A stretch of DNA of 64,000 nucleotides, taken from Leptogorgia sarmentosa. Lineage: Eukaryota. Positions 1 through 12,900 of this stretch are shown in pieces. Position 1 is the stretch's first letter. Each line of letters starts with the position of its first letter. A program made the translations under genes and the position numbers. The notes beneath the pieces were generated by a model that searched no databases, had not been told where the DNA came from, and saw only the letters and a list, made by a program, of their open reading frames with translations. Location: contig OZ210884.1 in NCBI GenBank assembly GCA_964658305.1, forward strand, positions 4,960,001 through 5,024,000, read 5' to 3'.

Positions 1-602
1 ACTAGAAGAAGCAGCTAAGCATCACTCGTGAACATTAGCGTAAAGCTACATTTTTCACGAGCAAATTTTCTTTTGACAAATTTGTTGTGTCATTGAATGC
101 ATTTGCAAAAGCTAACTAGCTAGTTTTTAAACACATGCTATGACCAAAATAAATTTGGCCAAAATCCTAATATACAATTCCTATATTAAAAAAAAAACAC
201 ATTAGGCACATGAAATTTGTCAAAGAAAATTTGCTCGTGTAAAAGAGGCTTAAGCTGTTTCCTGTTTTCGCTAGTGTGCGCTGCCATTTTTTGTGATTTC
301 TGCCACGCGTGTAAACGGCGCAGCATATTCAACATGTTGGATAGTTTTCGCAGGAGTGAAATTTTCCTCGCAGTCTGCACGCGTCCTGATCGAGGAATTA
401 TCTCGAAACTTCAACGAACTGCGCATGCCCATCTTGAGTTTTGAACGCATGCGCAGTCTCTTTGACTGCTAAGGTATTTCCTCAGGACGCGCGCGAACTG
501 TGGGGAAAACTTCACTCCTGCGCACACTAGGGGAAACTGCTTACGCCAATGTTCACACCGATGCTTAGCTTAGCTGTTTCTTCTAGTGTGAGGCGGGCTT
601 TA
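1..602. mobile_element. MITE with long terminal inverted repeats (PIF/Harbinger-like); left end lies before the window start
   Basis: 1-46 (ACTAGAAGAAGCAGCTAAGCATCACTCGTGAACATTAGCGTAAAGC) is an imperfect reverse complement of ~539-587. The right end reads ...CTAGTGTGAGGCGGGCTTTA. Internal hairpin ACTGCGCATGC..GCATGCGCAGT at ~418-457. Confidence 0.65.
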
Positions 603-1177
603 GTCAAAGACACGTGGAAGCGAAGCCTATACACAAAGTAAATGGGTCAGCTGTCGGCCGCCGACAAAATGCTTTGCGATAGATACAATTCATAAAAAAA
701 ATAGGCACGCACGATGCGTGCATGCGTCTACGTTGATGGCTTGCATTTGAAACTCGCTGTATGATCAGTATAATACCAAATAATACAAGTATAATCCCAC
801 GAAATAGTAAATGAAAACCCCGTTTAGAAATCGCTTTACAGAAGCTTGGAAATTAGTCCTTCGAACGAACGTTAGAACAACGCACACTTGCGAAACACGC
901 CACAGTGAATCGCATACGTCACGAGTTCATTTGCCGAAAGTTCGATACATCATTGGCAGAGATAACAACGTTTGAGCGTTAGTGTTTACCTTGAGAGCTC
1001 GTGTCGTCAAAATACGTCATATTCGTTGTCGAAACACAGCCAGCCTGCGAGAAATTTTACGCTTACATAGCCTCTACGTTGCTTAGCAACGTAGACGCAA
1101 AAACCGTAGTAATATCATTGAGTTGGTCAGCATTACGTTCTTACACGTTTTATACCAAATAATAACATAATGTTTAC

Positions 1178-1315
1178 CTGTAACACATCTGCTGACTTTG
1201 CTGTCTTCGCTGACTACTATTCTTCCATTGCAAACGCATCGATAAGAGCCAAGAATATTGACACATTCAAAGTCATTTTGGCATAAGGATGTATCGGTTC
1301 TACATTCGTTGATGT
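1178..1315 (-). CDS. Isolated calcium-binding EGF-like exon (phase 1-1); parent gene not resolved
   Basis: cacag|..|gtaaac boundaries enclose DINECRTDTSLCQNDFECVNILGSYRCVCNGRIVVSEDSKVSRC, which has the D-x-N-E-C and C-x-N-x-x-G-S-Y-x-C-x-C consensus of cbEGF. Confidence 0.7.
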
Positions 1316-4300
1316 CTGTGGCAATATTGAAAACAAAATGAAAATAGAAACAATCAGACATTTAGTCTAATTTTGTTAGAAGCTCAGATTTACAAAAAAT
1401 GTCACGTTAACTTACGGAAACGAGAAGTGGGCAGAAGTCACCAATATATATATAACGAATGTTTAGAAACGAATTAGTGTTATAATGTTGTTAATGCTAA
1501 AGCTTTTTACACAATACACAACGCGAATTTGAACAATTTGCACAAATATCGCTAGATATATGACCTGTTCTGAGGCATTTAAGATTTTCGCAGCGAAGTA
1601 TTGTAAAAAATTTGCAAAAACCTCAATAAAAGCAAATCTTTTTCAATGCGGCAAATAATCTTCACCTCAAAACAAAAAGTCTGAAGTTTGAAAGTATTTG
1701 AATAACTTTCTAAAAAGGCATGAATATTTCAAATGAATATTTTAAAGCCTTTCATCAGACTTTGAGGATATTTTGCACAAAATATCCTGACCGAGGCGCA
1801 AACCTGAATTGTCAAAGAGTTATTATTGACTCACGTTTGCTGACACACATACAATGAATTAAAAACTGATTGAGAATTATAGCTTTATTTAAGACCAATA
1901 CTAGTAGCTAAGTATAACGTACCCAGAAAACCACAACTATAGTTACGGAAATTACAAATTATGTAATCATGTTTTAACGACTATAAGTTAAAAAAGATAA
2001 CGTAAAAAATTAAAGCTAGCAGTCTTTGAAAAACTTGAAATGATACGCACCTTTGCCACTTAAGTTAATTCATATACAAACCTCCTTTCAAATGATTACT
2101 TCAAATGCTGCAAATAACAAGCCGTTGCATCAAAGTACAGGAATTCAAATTTTTATACAAACCATTATCTATAACAAGAAAGCACAAAATTTGTAGTGCT
2201 TTTTCGAAGAGGCTAAATTTCTAGCTTTTAAGATAACATTTTGCTAATATCAACAGATTTACGCCATTAGAAGTCATGCAATATATATAAATGTGGTATA
2301 TAAATACTGTATCTACAGTATAAGCTTGATTTCTGATTAAATATAATATGACATAAGCGGATCCAGTCATGCACAGCGGTTTCCTAATTTGCCATTTATT
2401 ATTAGTGGTAAAACGTTTGCTTTACGAAGTAAAATTTCTGATTAATGAAGAACTTTGAGACGAAAAAATTTTAAATTCACTCATTCCAGTGTCTCAAAGT
2501 CTTGTGAAAGGAGTTTTTCATGAGAAGGAACGTATCGAACAACCAATTAGCGTACCTGTATATAATTATTGTATTGTGTAAATCAGGTCTTCTCGCAGAT
2601 CACAGTCGCTCTTGCTAGGAAATATGCCAAGTCTTCTTTTCCACAAAGTCAGAGTTCAGTTAAGTCGGATTTCGAAAAACTGAGACAAATGAAAAGAGTC
2701 AATGTTAGTTTGTAGCAAGAACAAGAAAATTATTGTCCTGGAAACTAACAAGGAAACCAGCACGCATGCCGGAAATGAATGATATAGCTCAACTAATGAG
2801 GGTATGAGAGGTATATATAGGGTTTCTGGGGCTTTTATGCGATTATAAAAGGAGGCTAGTTCAGTTGATTAAAAAGACTCGTACACGCTGAGGGAAAAAT
2901 GAACATGAAACAAAGGAGTTTTTGTCGCCTTGGTTGCCGCGAACGTCGAAATACATGCACATTCTGGAAAGCCTACATTAGTAAGCGAAGTTGCTGAATC
3001 CTTTATCTTTATTAGTACAGCCAGACTTACTTTATTGCTGCAATTATGGCACAATGGCACAGTTCTTTATAAAATCGAAGAATTTGCAAATCTCCACCAT
3101 CTAACTTTGTTTACATTTTTGTCATTTTTGCAAGAAATTGAAATTGTTTAATTTTGACTTAACCATTCAACATCGCTTTTGGGTCACTAATATGCTTTGT
3201 GTAAGGGTGTATATTGGCATATCGTGCATGAGAAGCTATCGTTGATCAAACTTATGCGTGCGTAGCGCTGAGGGCGAGTACCACTATAGTACCTATAAGA
3301 TATAACATATTGAGTCAACGAAAATGTAAGAGAGACTGCATGCAGTACCTAAAAGTTCAAGCTTTGTCATTTCCTACTTTTTTCGCCATGCCTGATGTTG
3401 TATGTGTGATGGGATGCGGACAAAGTTGCAATTGCATGCAATTGATATTTTTTGATACCTTGTCCCTAATCCTCAACTCTCTATAACTATATTACCAATG
3501 GAGGTTTCCACGAGCTTTCGACTATAATTTGTATAGGTGAATAGAAAAACCCCTTAAATACAGCTAGAAATTAAAGCATCATGAGTCTTTAGGTTACCAA
3601 AATTACAATTATATTGGTGGTGAAATCTTGAAAATGCGGAAAACAATATATAGCTCTAGCTATCTATCATGTAGTTCAAATTTAATCCAAACCGATATCG
3701 TCTATTTACACTTATATAACAATATACACTGCATGTATGTGTCGACAGGAGTTTTTACTTGCTGTTCACATGTATTCGCTCCACATTCCTTTCACATTCA
3801 CCGGTCTGAAACGTAGCTCTGGGGGGTGATACAAAATACAAAGAATTTTGTCTTGAAAAATTCCATGTTTCCTATGACAATAGTCATAATTCTTGGCGCT
3901 TGTTATTAACTAAAATTACTAAAATTCATATTGTGGAACGATGATTGTTTAATAGTGTATGATTCGCAGGGGAAAATTAGCTCAAACATTCCAACATAAG
4001 TGATCTTCCAAGCGAACATTGACAAAGTATAAACGCAAAACCTAAAATGCCTAACGCTGAAATAAAGCGATTGTAAAAGATACCATGAGCAATTATAAAA
4101 TTCAACAAATCTATCTTGTTGTAAGGTTTCTTATGCTTGCGCTGACTTGAATTAAAAAACCAGTGTGAAATGTTGTCAACACCTTTGACGTGGCAAAAAT
4201 CAAGTAACATGCAAGCGACAAAGATTGAAACTTCATTTCACCCTTGACAATAACTCATATATTCTTCATTTTAACCTGCAGTTGTCGGTTGTATTAACCA

Positions 4301-4734
4301 TTAACTACGTTTTAAGGTTTAACTACCCGTATATAGTTAAACTGTAGTTACCTCAAAAAAATAGCCGTTCTTATTGGTTAGCTACCTTTCGCACTATCTA
4401 TCGATAACTTTAACGCGGCTATACGTTTTTATACAACCGGCCCGGTAGTTAATTTCTTTAGTTTCTATCCAGTGGCTGATCATCCAATAGTTCAAAGCCT
4501 ACAGCCCGGCATTTTGAGAGGCCTGCATGTGATTTCGTAGAAGATGAATTTTTCATGATATCATTTCTTCTTCCTGTTTTATACTAACGAGATGTGGCAC
4601 CGACACTATTATTTTTATGTAGCTGAGAGAATACCATGACAAGGCCGGCGAGACTTTAAACTTATCCTGTTATAGAGACCCCGCATCTAGTGATCCGCCA
4701 CTACATATTCTCTCTCATATGATATTGTCGTATA

Positions 4735-4967
4735 CAGGGCGAAAAAAATTCATATTAGCCGAGAAGCTGTTGCTGCAATACATCTGAGTTACTGAGTACG
4801 TTTTTCGTGCAATTAAGGTGACTTGAAACTGCTACAGGGAACTCGTATCGTCTGTTTATTTGACATGCTTCGTACCTATGGGATATGCAGGCAACGTCGG
4901 TGCGATTAAATGATGAAATACAGCTAATTTGAATTTCAAAGATATCAGTTTTTGTTTACCCACCCTG
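4735..4967. mobile_element. Possible Tc1/mariner-type MITE
   Basis: TA|CAGGGCG... and ...CACCCTG|TA ends; the inverted match is short. Confidence 0.35.
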
Positions 4968-6437
4968 TATATGTAGCTAAGCATAGTACAGTTTATAGGA
5001 CCCAGGGCAAGTTAAAGCTATATAAATTTATATAATATACACAAAATATTATACCAGTTCAATTACTAGTTATTTATCAAACATGATTCTTTCCTGTATA
5101 GAGTTCATGCAACGGATCAGAAATGTATATGAACGTTATATATACGTTGTTATAGATCAAATATAGCACGTTTCCACCAATGCATAGCTACGAATAACAA
5201 ATTGTGTAAGCAAAGTTGTTAATCTAGCATTACTTACCCCTATATCCATCAAACGAATTCAGTGAATCAAACGCCAACTGTCATGCTAAGTGTTTCTGAA
5301 CAACACTCAACTCAATGAGACCAATGAGGAAATAAATGCGCAGTTATACAGCAGGAAGGCGCTGTAGATATGGTCAGTTATTATTATCATTTTTGCAATT
5401 TGCATATATTTCACTCCCTGTGGTGTATCTTTGGTTCACTGGGAAGAAACAAGGTCATCAGTGTTCCAAAAGGTTCCCAAAGGAAAATAATTACGATAAC
5501 CCTGTGAGCCAAATTGTACATGCAGCCAAAATTTGTGGTGTAAAAGTCATTTTATAAATCTATTATCATTAATTTGCTCTGGAAATTTATAATTATGGAC
5601 CACCCATGACCATCATTATTAATTATGAAGGATGAGGAACAGTATCAGTATCATGCAGTGGATACATCTTTCATCAAATTATTTACTTCTACTTTTCGAC
5701 TGAACCATATATCTATGGACTGAACTATCAAGACGTTGACATGACGACGAAATAAATTGAAAAGTCCAGTAGAAATGAAGTTAGCGTGATTCGTGAATGT
5801 CATTTTTTCTCACGCGTCTTATTGGCGACGGCTATTCAAAATATAAATATAATTATAATTATCAAATATAATTATGCACCACAGTGAACATTCCCGGCCG
5901 CGTGGGGTCGTTCAAGCTGGCACCAAACAGATTGTTTGACTGTTGGTCGACATTGAATGAAAAATTAGCGGATTTCACAGGCATGATTATTAATTTTACG
6001 TGAATAATATGACTAATTTCTTCATCCTTTCACGACTTGAATTTTCACGCCATCTTGAGCTAGGGCCAGTTGCTCGGAAGTCGGATAACTTTATCAACCT
6101 TCAACCGTTGTACAAATGCCCAAAAACCTGTGAAATTGCAGATATGGGTCTGCCTGTGCATAACAAGGAAGTTCAACTCTGAAATATAGAAGTTGCATTT
6201 AAATCAAATCGGCTAACATGGTTTTAGGTGGCCTGAAACTGTTATCCGGTGGATAACTCTATCCACCTTTCAGGTAATGCATGTATATAAGGTGCACGTA
6301 CTGAAAAGACAGCGTACCTAAACAATGCCTGAAACAGATTCAATGTTTCAAGCAAAGGTTCTTCGTCACAGATAGTGAGTAGAACTTATGTTGCTTGCTT
6401 GGACTAAAGACTATTGTCAAACCAACCATACATGTCT

Positions 6438-6580
6438 ATGGTTACCAATAATATTGTCCCGTGCTCGATTCTATTTAAATTTGTCGCAATGATTATTGGA
6501 GTTTCGGAAATATTACAGTAATTATTTAGTCAATCTTCGTAAGACAAGAAAAAACAGCGACATCTTACATGGTTACCAGA
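6438..6580 (+). pseudogene. Decayed 5' fragment of a rhodopsin-class GPCR paralogous to the 11012-11952 gene
   Basis: Reads MVTNNIVPCSILFKFVAMIIGVS(frameshift)NITVII*SIFVRQEKTATSYMV and aligns codon for codon with 11012-11150. It has a frameshift and a TAG, and homology ends at ~6580. Confidence 0.8.
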
Positions 6581-6996
6581 TATATATAAAGGTTAGCATC
6601 ACCCATACTTTTGAAAGGTCCTGATTATGCTATTTATGCAGTTCTAAAATTTTGATAAAATAAACCCTGTTGTCTACATAACGCGCAAGAATCACATGAT
6701 CCACACGTCGAGCCGTGTTTTTACTGTACAGTAGTACACGATGTTGAAACGTCAAACACTTGGAATCATTATCTCATCTCACATCTTATTCCCATAGAAT
6801 TATCAAAAAAATAACGATCGACTCGTTTCATGTCACTTTTTTTCTGGTACGATTTAATATAGTTCATTAATATGGTCTACATAAATAAATAAATTGATTG
6901 AAGATGAGTTAGTGACAAGTAAGGTTGAATAAGCAGTTCCTGTGAATTTGATGCGCAAAGAGGAAGTATGGAGACCTTAATGTCGTCAAATAAAAT

Positions 6997-9900
6997 CTAG
7001 ATTCTAGGAATTTTCCAGCCTTGATTCCTTAAATATTCCTTTACATCTTTCATAGAAATCGCGTTCAAGTAAGTTTTTATCTTTCTTCTGGACCACCATC
7101 TTCCCTCGTGGGCGTCCTGACTACCAAACTTTGTGAATTCATAAAAATAATGTTCAGCGCGAATATATCTATAAAAAACAAAGAGATAGTGCTCGGCATT
7201 CTGTAGTGTAGTGGCTTTCTATACAATAAAAGCTGTGATCATGCTATTAGCCTTTTTCACACCACGCGACCAGACCTTAAAATCCGCCGGTTTTGGATGG
7301 CGAAATAATTGGGTTTTTTGTCGATTATTCCTTATCAAAAGCTAGGTAAAGATCAATTTTTTCCTGAAAAAACAATTGTTTATTACTTATTACTTCAATG
7401 CATGGTGTCAAAAATTCGAATTAAGTTGTCAAAATTTCCCATGTAAATACTTGGGAAATATGCATTTTTTCATCCCGTATTTTCTTGGCGTAATTTCAAG
7501 CACTTGTGCTGAAACATCCCATATAGTTAGCGACAGTCACGTATTTATTAAAATACGATAAATTTATTTTAAATGTTGTTTGTATAAGACAAAAATTAAT
7601 TTACCTAATTCAACCAAAAACTGATACCGGATTTAAACTTGGTCAGAAGAAAGGCTGATTGCAATCGCGCCTGGTTCAATAACTCAGATCGTTTCATGTT
7701 TTGGGACCTTTAAAGTTTGTTTGTTCCTCTGTTTTGAAATGACTTATTGAAATTATTTCTATCTGAAGGACATTAAATACATTGAAAGTTTGGCTCACTA
7801 CTTAAATGACATAAAACGACTGGCCTTTCTTTGGAATTAGTTGGTCGAAATGTCGAATTGTGTTGCGTCGTTTACCAGTGAGTGGAACATTATTAGCTAC
7901 CGCATATTTATTTTTTATCCGCTTTCTACACTGACAATATATTTACGTTTTCACCTAAAAGAAGTTTCAAAGTATACTTCCAAAACTTGGTAAATCACAA
8001 GCAGATTTTAAAACCTTCACAACACATTTATATACAAACCTTGGTGGGGCTCCATTTTCGAACGGGTTGTGAGAAATAAGCGACGTCGCACCAGGGTCGT
8101 TCACAAGAAGTTTAGCAACAAGATGAACTAGCCATGGATTGTGTTGATAATTCTAAAATTTAATGACATAATGAATAGTACTTGAAACATGTGCGGATTT
8201 GTTTAATTTGAAATAAATTGGTGCGTTTGCACATAATAATTTGACAAGCCGATTTTAGCAAATAATTGGTGTCTCTTTCTCAACATACATACATAGCGAC
8301 CTAATAGTTCAATTGAAGCCGTCCGCTCTTTCGTCTTAATTCTTCAGCAATTCTTCATGTAGAAACACAGTTTTGGTTTCCATGCATTATTATAGAACAT
8401 AGACACTCTAGTAAGAAAAAATATTCCAGAAAATTTCAGCTTCTTTTACCTGAAAAGCAGCAAACCACATCAACCAATCAAGACGATAATGATACGGCGA
8501 TATAAGACAAGGACGTCGTTTCAGATTTCCAGGTTTGCATTTAAACTCGTATTCCTCCCATACAACATCATTGCCGAAGGTTGTCTTGTTTCTGGTTCCT
8601 TGCAGGATAATCTCCGTCCTTTCTTTCGTCACACTAGAAAAACATTATTCATTTCTTTGTAAAATTATGTTGAGCATAATTAAGGAGCTCACATGCACAA
8701 GCGACGTTTGGAAAACACCAGGGGGTTGCGGGAAAGAGGCGTTCGAAGAGGCAGAGCACCATTAGTGTCAGGTGCTCCTCCCCACCCCCTCTCCCTTCCC
8801 GCCGAAAACATCCGTGGTTGTTTCAGTTACACACTTCTGGGAATAATGATGTACAATGAGAGAAATAAACATTAATACTTTATGTGCATGGCAGCTATTG
8901 TTAGCAACTATAAGTTAAGACCGTAATAAATCGTGGTTAGAGCACATGGAAGTAAATTCAATGTAAATTCTTTTATAGAGATCATAGTCTGTTAAATTAG
9001 TTTTCGTGACTACAATAAATTAAATTTCAAAGCAAACATTGTGCATAATTTGGTGCTAATATTCCCAAGTTCTAGTTTCCTCCTCATAGTGTCGTTCATG
9101 ATTTTAAACAGGAAAAGAGAGCGAGCGTGCTAACTCAGAAAAGAATTTATGCAGAAGAACGTAAAAACTACCGATCGCTAAACAAATTGTTTTAAAATGA
9201 TCGGAATAGAAATTATCCTTTATACAATCTCATACAAACTTAACACAGTTTTGACACGTTGTCAACAGAGCTTGGACGACGTCTAAAATTCCTGCTACAC
9301 TTTTAATTATTCATTTCTTTTGTGCTACAGGATTAACTTGACTTGCTTATGAGGTAGTAGCTAAGTAGAAATTTTGCGGCTGTTTTTTGATACTGAAAAT
9401 TTTATCGCTGCCTAAACTTAAGCTTGCTAGAACAGGCAATAAAGACTATAGTCATAAATTCTCGTCAAAATTTTCCCCTTGAACGTTAGAACCTAAAACG
9501 TGATGCACCTGTCTTTAAGTGCCATCGATGCTTATGGCAAAATGGCATTAAAATATTGAACATTCAATGGTCCGGGCAGGATCTTGCACATGTCATGAAA
9601 ACTTAACGTAGAAGCTTCCTAGTATAGAATGTAAAATTTTCAAATACGTGTTTCCGAGAATTTCTGGTTATAGAAATTTTCGAGAACGTTTCTGCAAGAC
9701 ACATATTAGAAAATGTTGACTTTTTGACTTTATTACAATTTCCCTTTGCAAGCTCGTTTCAAGTAGTTAATGGGCTCTATGTAAACTTAATAAACAATAT
9801 TTACTCTCTCTTTATCATTGTCTGCAGGACATCACATTCATAATCAGAAAATTTACTAGTGGAAGGTTAATGCCACAGCGTTTCTAGTCTTGTTCGCAAA

Positions 9901-12900
9901 AAGTTACAGGCTTCAACTTTATCTGTTTTCGATGACCGCGGATAACAATAATTGCTAGAAAATAGCAAGTAAAGCAAATTTTGTAAAATTTTCAAAACAG
10001 TTTTAAGAAATGATCCACTTTTAAGCATCTATAGTTGTAGTTGTAGTTTGATAGTTGATGATAGTTGTACTTTGTTACCATGTCGAAAAAATGTGATTGA
10101 TGTACAAAGTAATTCTATTTTTAGCGAACTGATCACAGTCACTTTCAATTAAGCAAATCTTTCATGTGGTTTTGAAATTTTTGACGATGATTATTTTAAC
10201 TGGATTACGTTACAGCACTTTGAAATTGAAAACATTGCAATGGGCAGTTCAAAAACTATTTAAATGCTAAGCCAACACAGGGGCCTCGGCAAATTTATGA
10301 CTGAAGGCGGAGAAAGCATGCTTACAGCTGTAGAAAGTGGGAGTACGGGGTAAGTGACAGACCAATGCCTCGAGAACAGAGCTCATCAGTGTCCTGGTAA
10401 CTACGTATATTCACTAAGATAAGAAAGTATTGAAAATCTTCCGAACGTTGAATTTTTTTCAGTTCTTCCATCCAGACATTAATGCGAAACTTAGTTATTC
10501 AAAAAATGAGCCTTTCAATAAATAATACTACCCCTCAGACAATAAAAATGCGTTGAGTTCATCATATTATGCTAGCTCTTGAAATATACAAACGTATAAA
10601 CCGTTCAGATACTTTACACAATTGAAACGGTTTCATACGCACAGCATGAAAGACAAACATTTACTCACCCCTACACGACTCATATCATGCAAAAATTCTT
10701 AAGTGCCTGCAGGCTCGAAACAATGTCAATAAAACATTTCGCCTTATCGCTGGCAAACGATGAAAACCTCGTGTATTTTCAAACCTTCGGCTACAGCAAC
10801 CATAAACATCACTAACAATGTTGCTGTTTCAGAGATTGATAGGCCATGCATGCACTAAGCGCTGTGACGTCATGTCCAAGAGGTCCAACCCTTAATGACA
10901 TCCTCTTGTGCAGGAGACTATTATATAAATAAGATCTTTCTCATGATCACCTGCATCATTTTGTGCATTCGTCAACGTGCATCCATACTAAAAATATTCC
11001 CGAAGACAATCATGATTTCCAGCAAGATTCTTCTGGGTTCGATTGTATTAAATTCGTTGCACTGATTATTGGAGTTTTGGGAAATGTTACAGTAATTATT
11101 TATGCAATTTTCGTAAGTAAAGAAAGAACAGCGACATCTTATTTGGTAGCAAACTTGGCGCTGGCAGATCTTCTCGTGTGTTTAACATTTTATCCAATAT
11201 GGATCATTGAATTCACGCAGACAATATTGGACATCGACAGTGATCAGGACTTGTTCTGTAAGTTAAGCCGACCTGCCAGCTTCGCACTGTTATTTGGTTC
11301 AGTTGCATCACTTTTCGCGATTACTTTTGATCGTTATTTGTACATTGGAAAACCTCTGAGGTATCCGTTGATTGTGACCAAAGGAAGAGTTTTTCGAGCT
11401 ATTGCGGGTATATGGTTAATTTCTTTCTGTCTTTTCACTGTGTATTGCATTCATTACACCACATGGAACAAAAGAATGAGAAGCCTTTGCTATGTACCCT
11501 TATATCTTGCTGAAGCGATGCAAATCTGTTTTCATTACATTCCTATTACTTTCATATTCATTCTCAACTTCCGAATTTTTTTTATGGCTCGAAAACAACG
11601 GAAACGTATTTCGGCTGAAACGTCGACATCTGACACTAACCAGTCGCACAGCCGTTCAGTTGCTATTCGTCGCCTTTTTCAAGCTTTAAAAGTAGTTAAG
11701 ACATTCTTCATGGTTTCTATTGTGTTGGCCTTATGTTGCCTTGTCCCAACGGTTCTGGGAGCTGTACAAATTCGTTATGACATCTGCAGTGCATCATGCG
11801 AGGCAATTTGGTATTTAGTTCTTCAATATGAACTTTATGGAATAAACTCGATTGTGAATGCTTTCATCTATGGATTGAGACACATTAAACAGAGAAAAGC
11901 TTATGGGCAAATTCTCTCTAAAATACTTCGCTGCAAAAAACTTACAGCATGATCAACGATTATCTTTAAAACTCGAAAAATCAACTGATCAACTGCCTAC
12001 ATTTGTACATGTTTGAACATTGCACATCGTACATTAGTACACGATTTTCTAATGACTGCATGGCTTCAAAAAGACATAATTATACCTAAAGATTTTAACC
12101 ACGCAAACGAAGAAGAATCCTAATCGGAAACACAAACAGGACAAATTTTCATACCGACAAACACTCATTATAAAGAAGCCACTGTTATTGATTCGGGGAA
12201 TAAGTGGAGAAGCAGGAAAAAACGTCCGCAGCAGCTGCATGCACCAGTTGTATCATGTCGCACGCTCCACGCTTTTTAATGCGTTGTCTCCGCTCTTTGA
12301 GAGAACGCCTTTGTTGAAGTTTCAGTTTTACACTGACCAAACTGTATGATAAACGTTGAGAGAAGTAAACATTAAGTGCAAATGTGCCGCTAATGTTGTT
12401 GACATGTTCCAAGCAGCGTATCATTTAAACTCGACAGTGAAACTTACAGCCAAAGTAAAAGTTCGAAAGGACATTTAACTAGTTGTCAAGTAACAAATAG
12501 TGAAAGAAGAGAGAACTTTAACAAGAGTAAAATACTTAAACACAACGACGATATTTAGATCGTTATAGAAATAATAAAATGTGGGATATAATGTGTGTAT
12601 ATATCCTGCTAAATTTGAATTTACGATGAATTAAATTTTGAATCAGTCGTGTACGTTTTGATTTTCCTAGGTCCTTATTTTTTGTTTTGCTGTTACTTAT
12701 AGCATCAACTATAGGTTAGGTACGTAATAAGAGAAATACATTGTTTTGTCAAAATGTCACAGTCACATTATATAAATCATATGAATTATTTCAAACATTT
12801 CCCAATCAAAGCTTTTTTACGACTACCAGTGGAATAAAGCAGGATGTTTTGCTCAATGCACCAGCGGAAAGAAGTAAATATCTAGTCTTAGATTCCAACA

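Noticed and set aside
2899..2997. 32-aa cationic four-Cys ORF (MNMKQRSFCRLGCRERRNTCTFWKAYISKRSC) after a TATA-like box
   Set aside because: No signal peptide or recognisable homology, and an ORF this short is expected by chance.
10963..11011. GTG-initiated N-terminus MHSSTCIHTK... given by the ORF track for the nested GPCR
   Set aside because: The paralogous fragment at 6438 supports the ATG at 11012 plus a 1-nt deletion instead.
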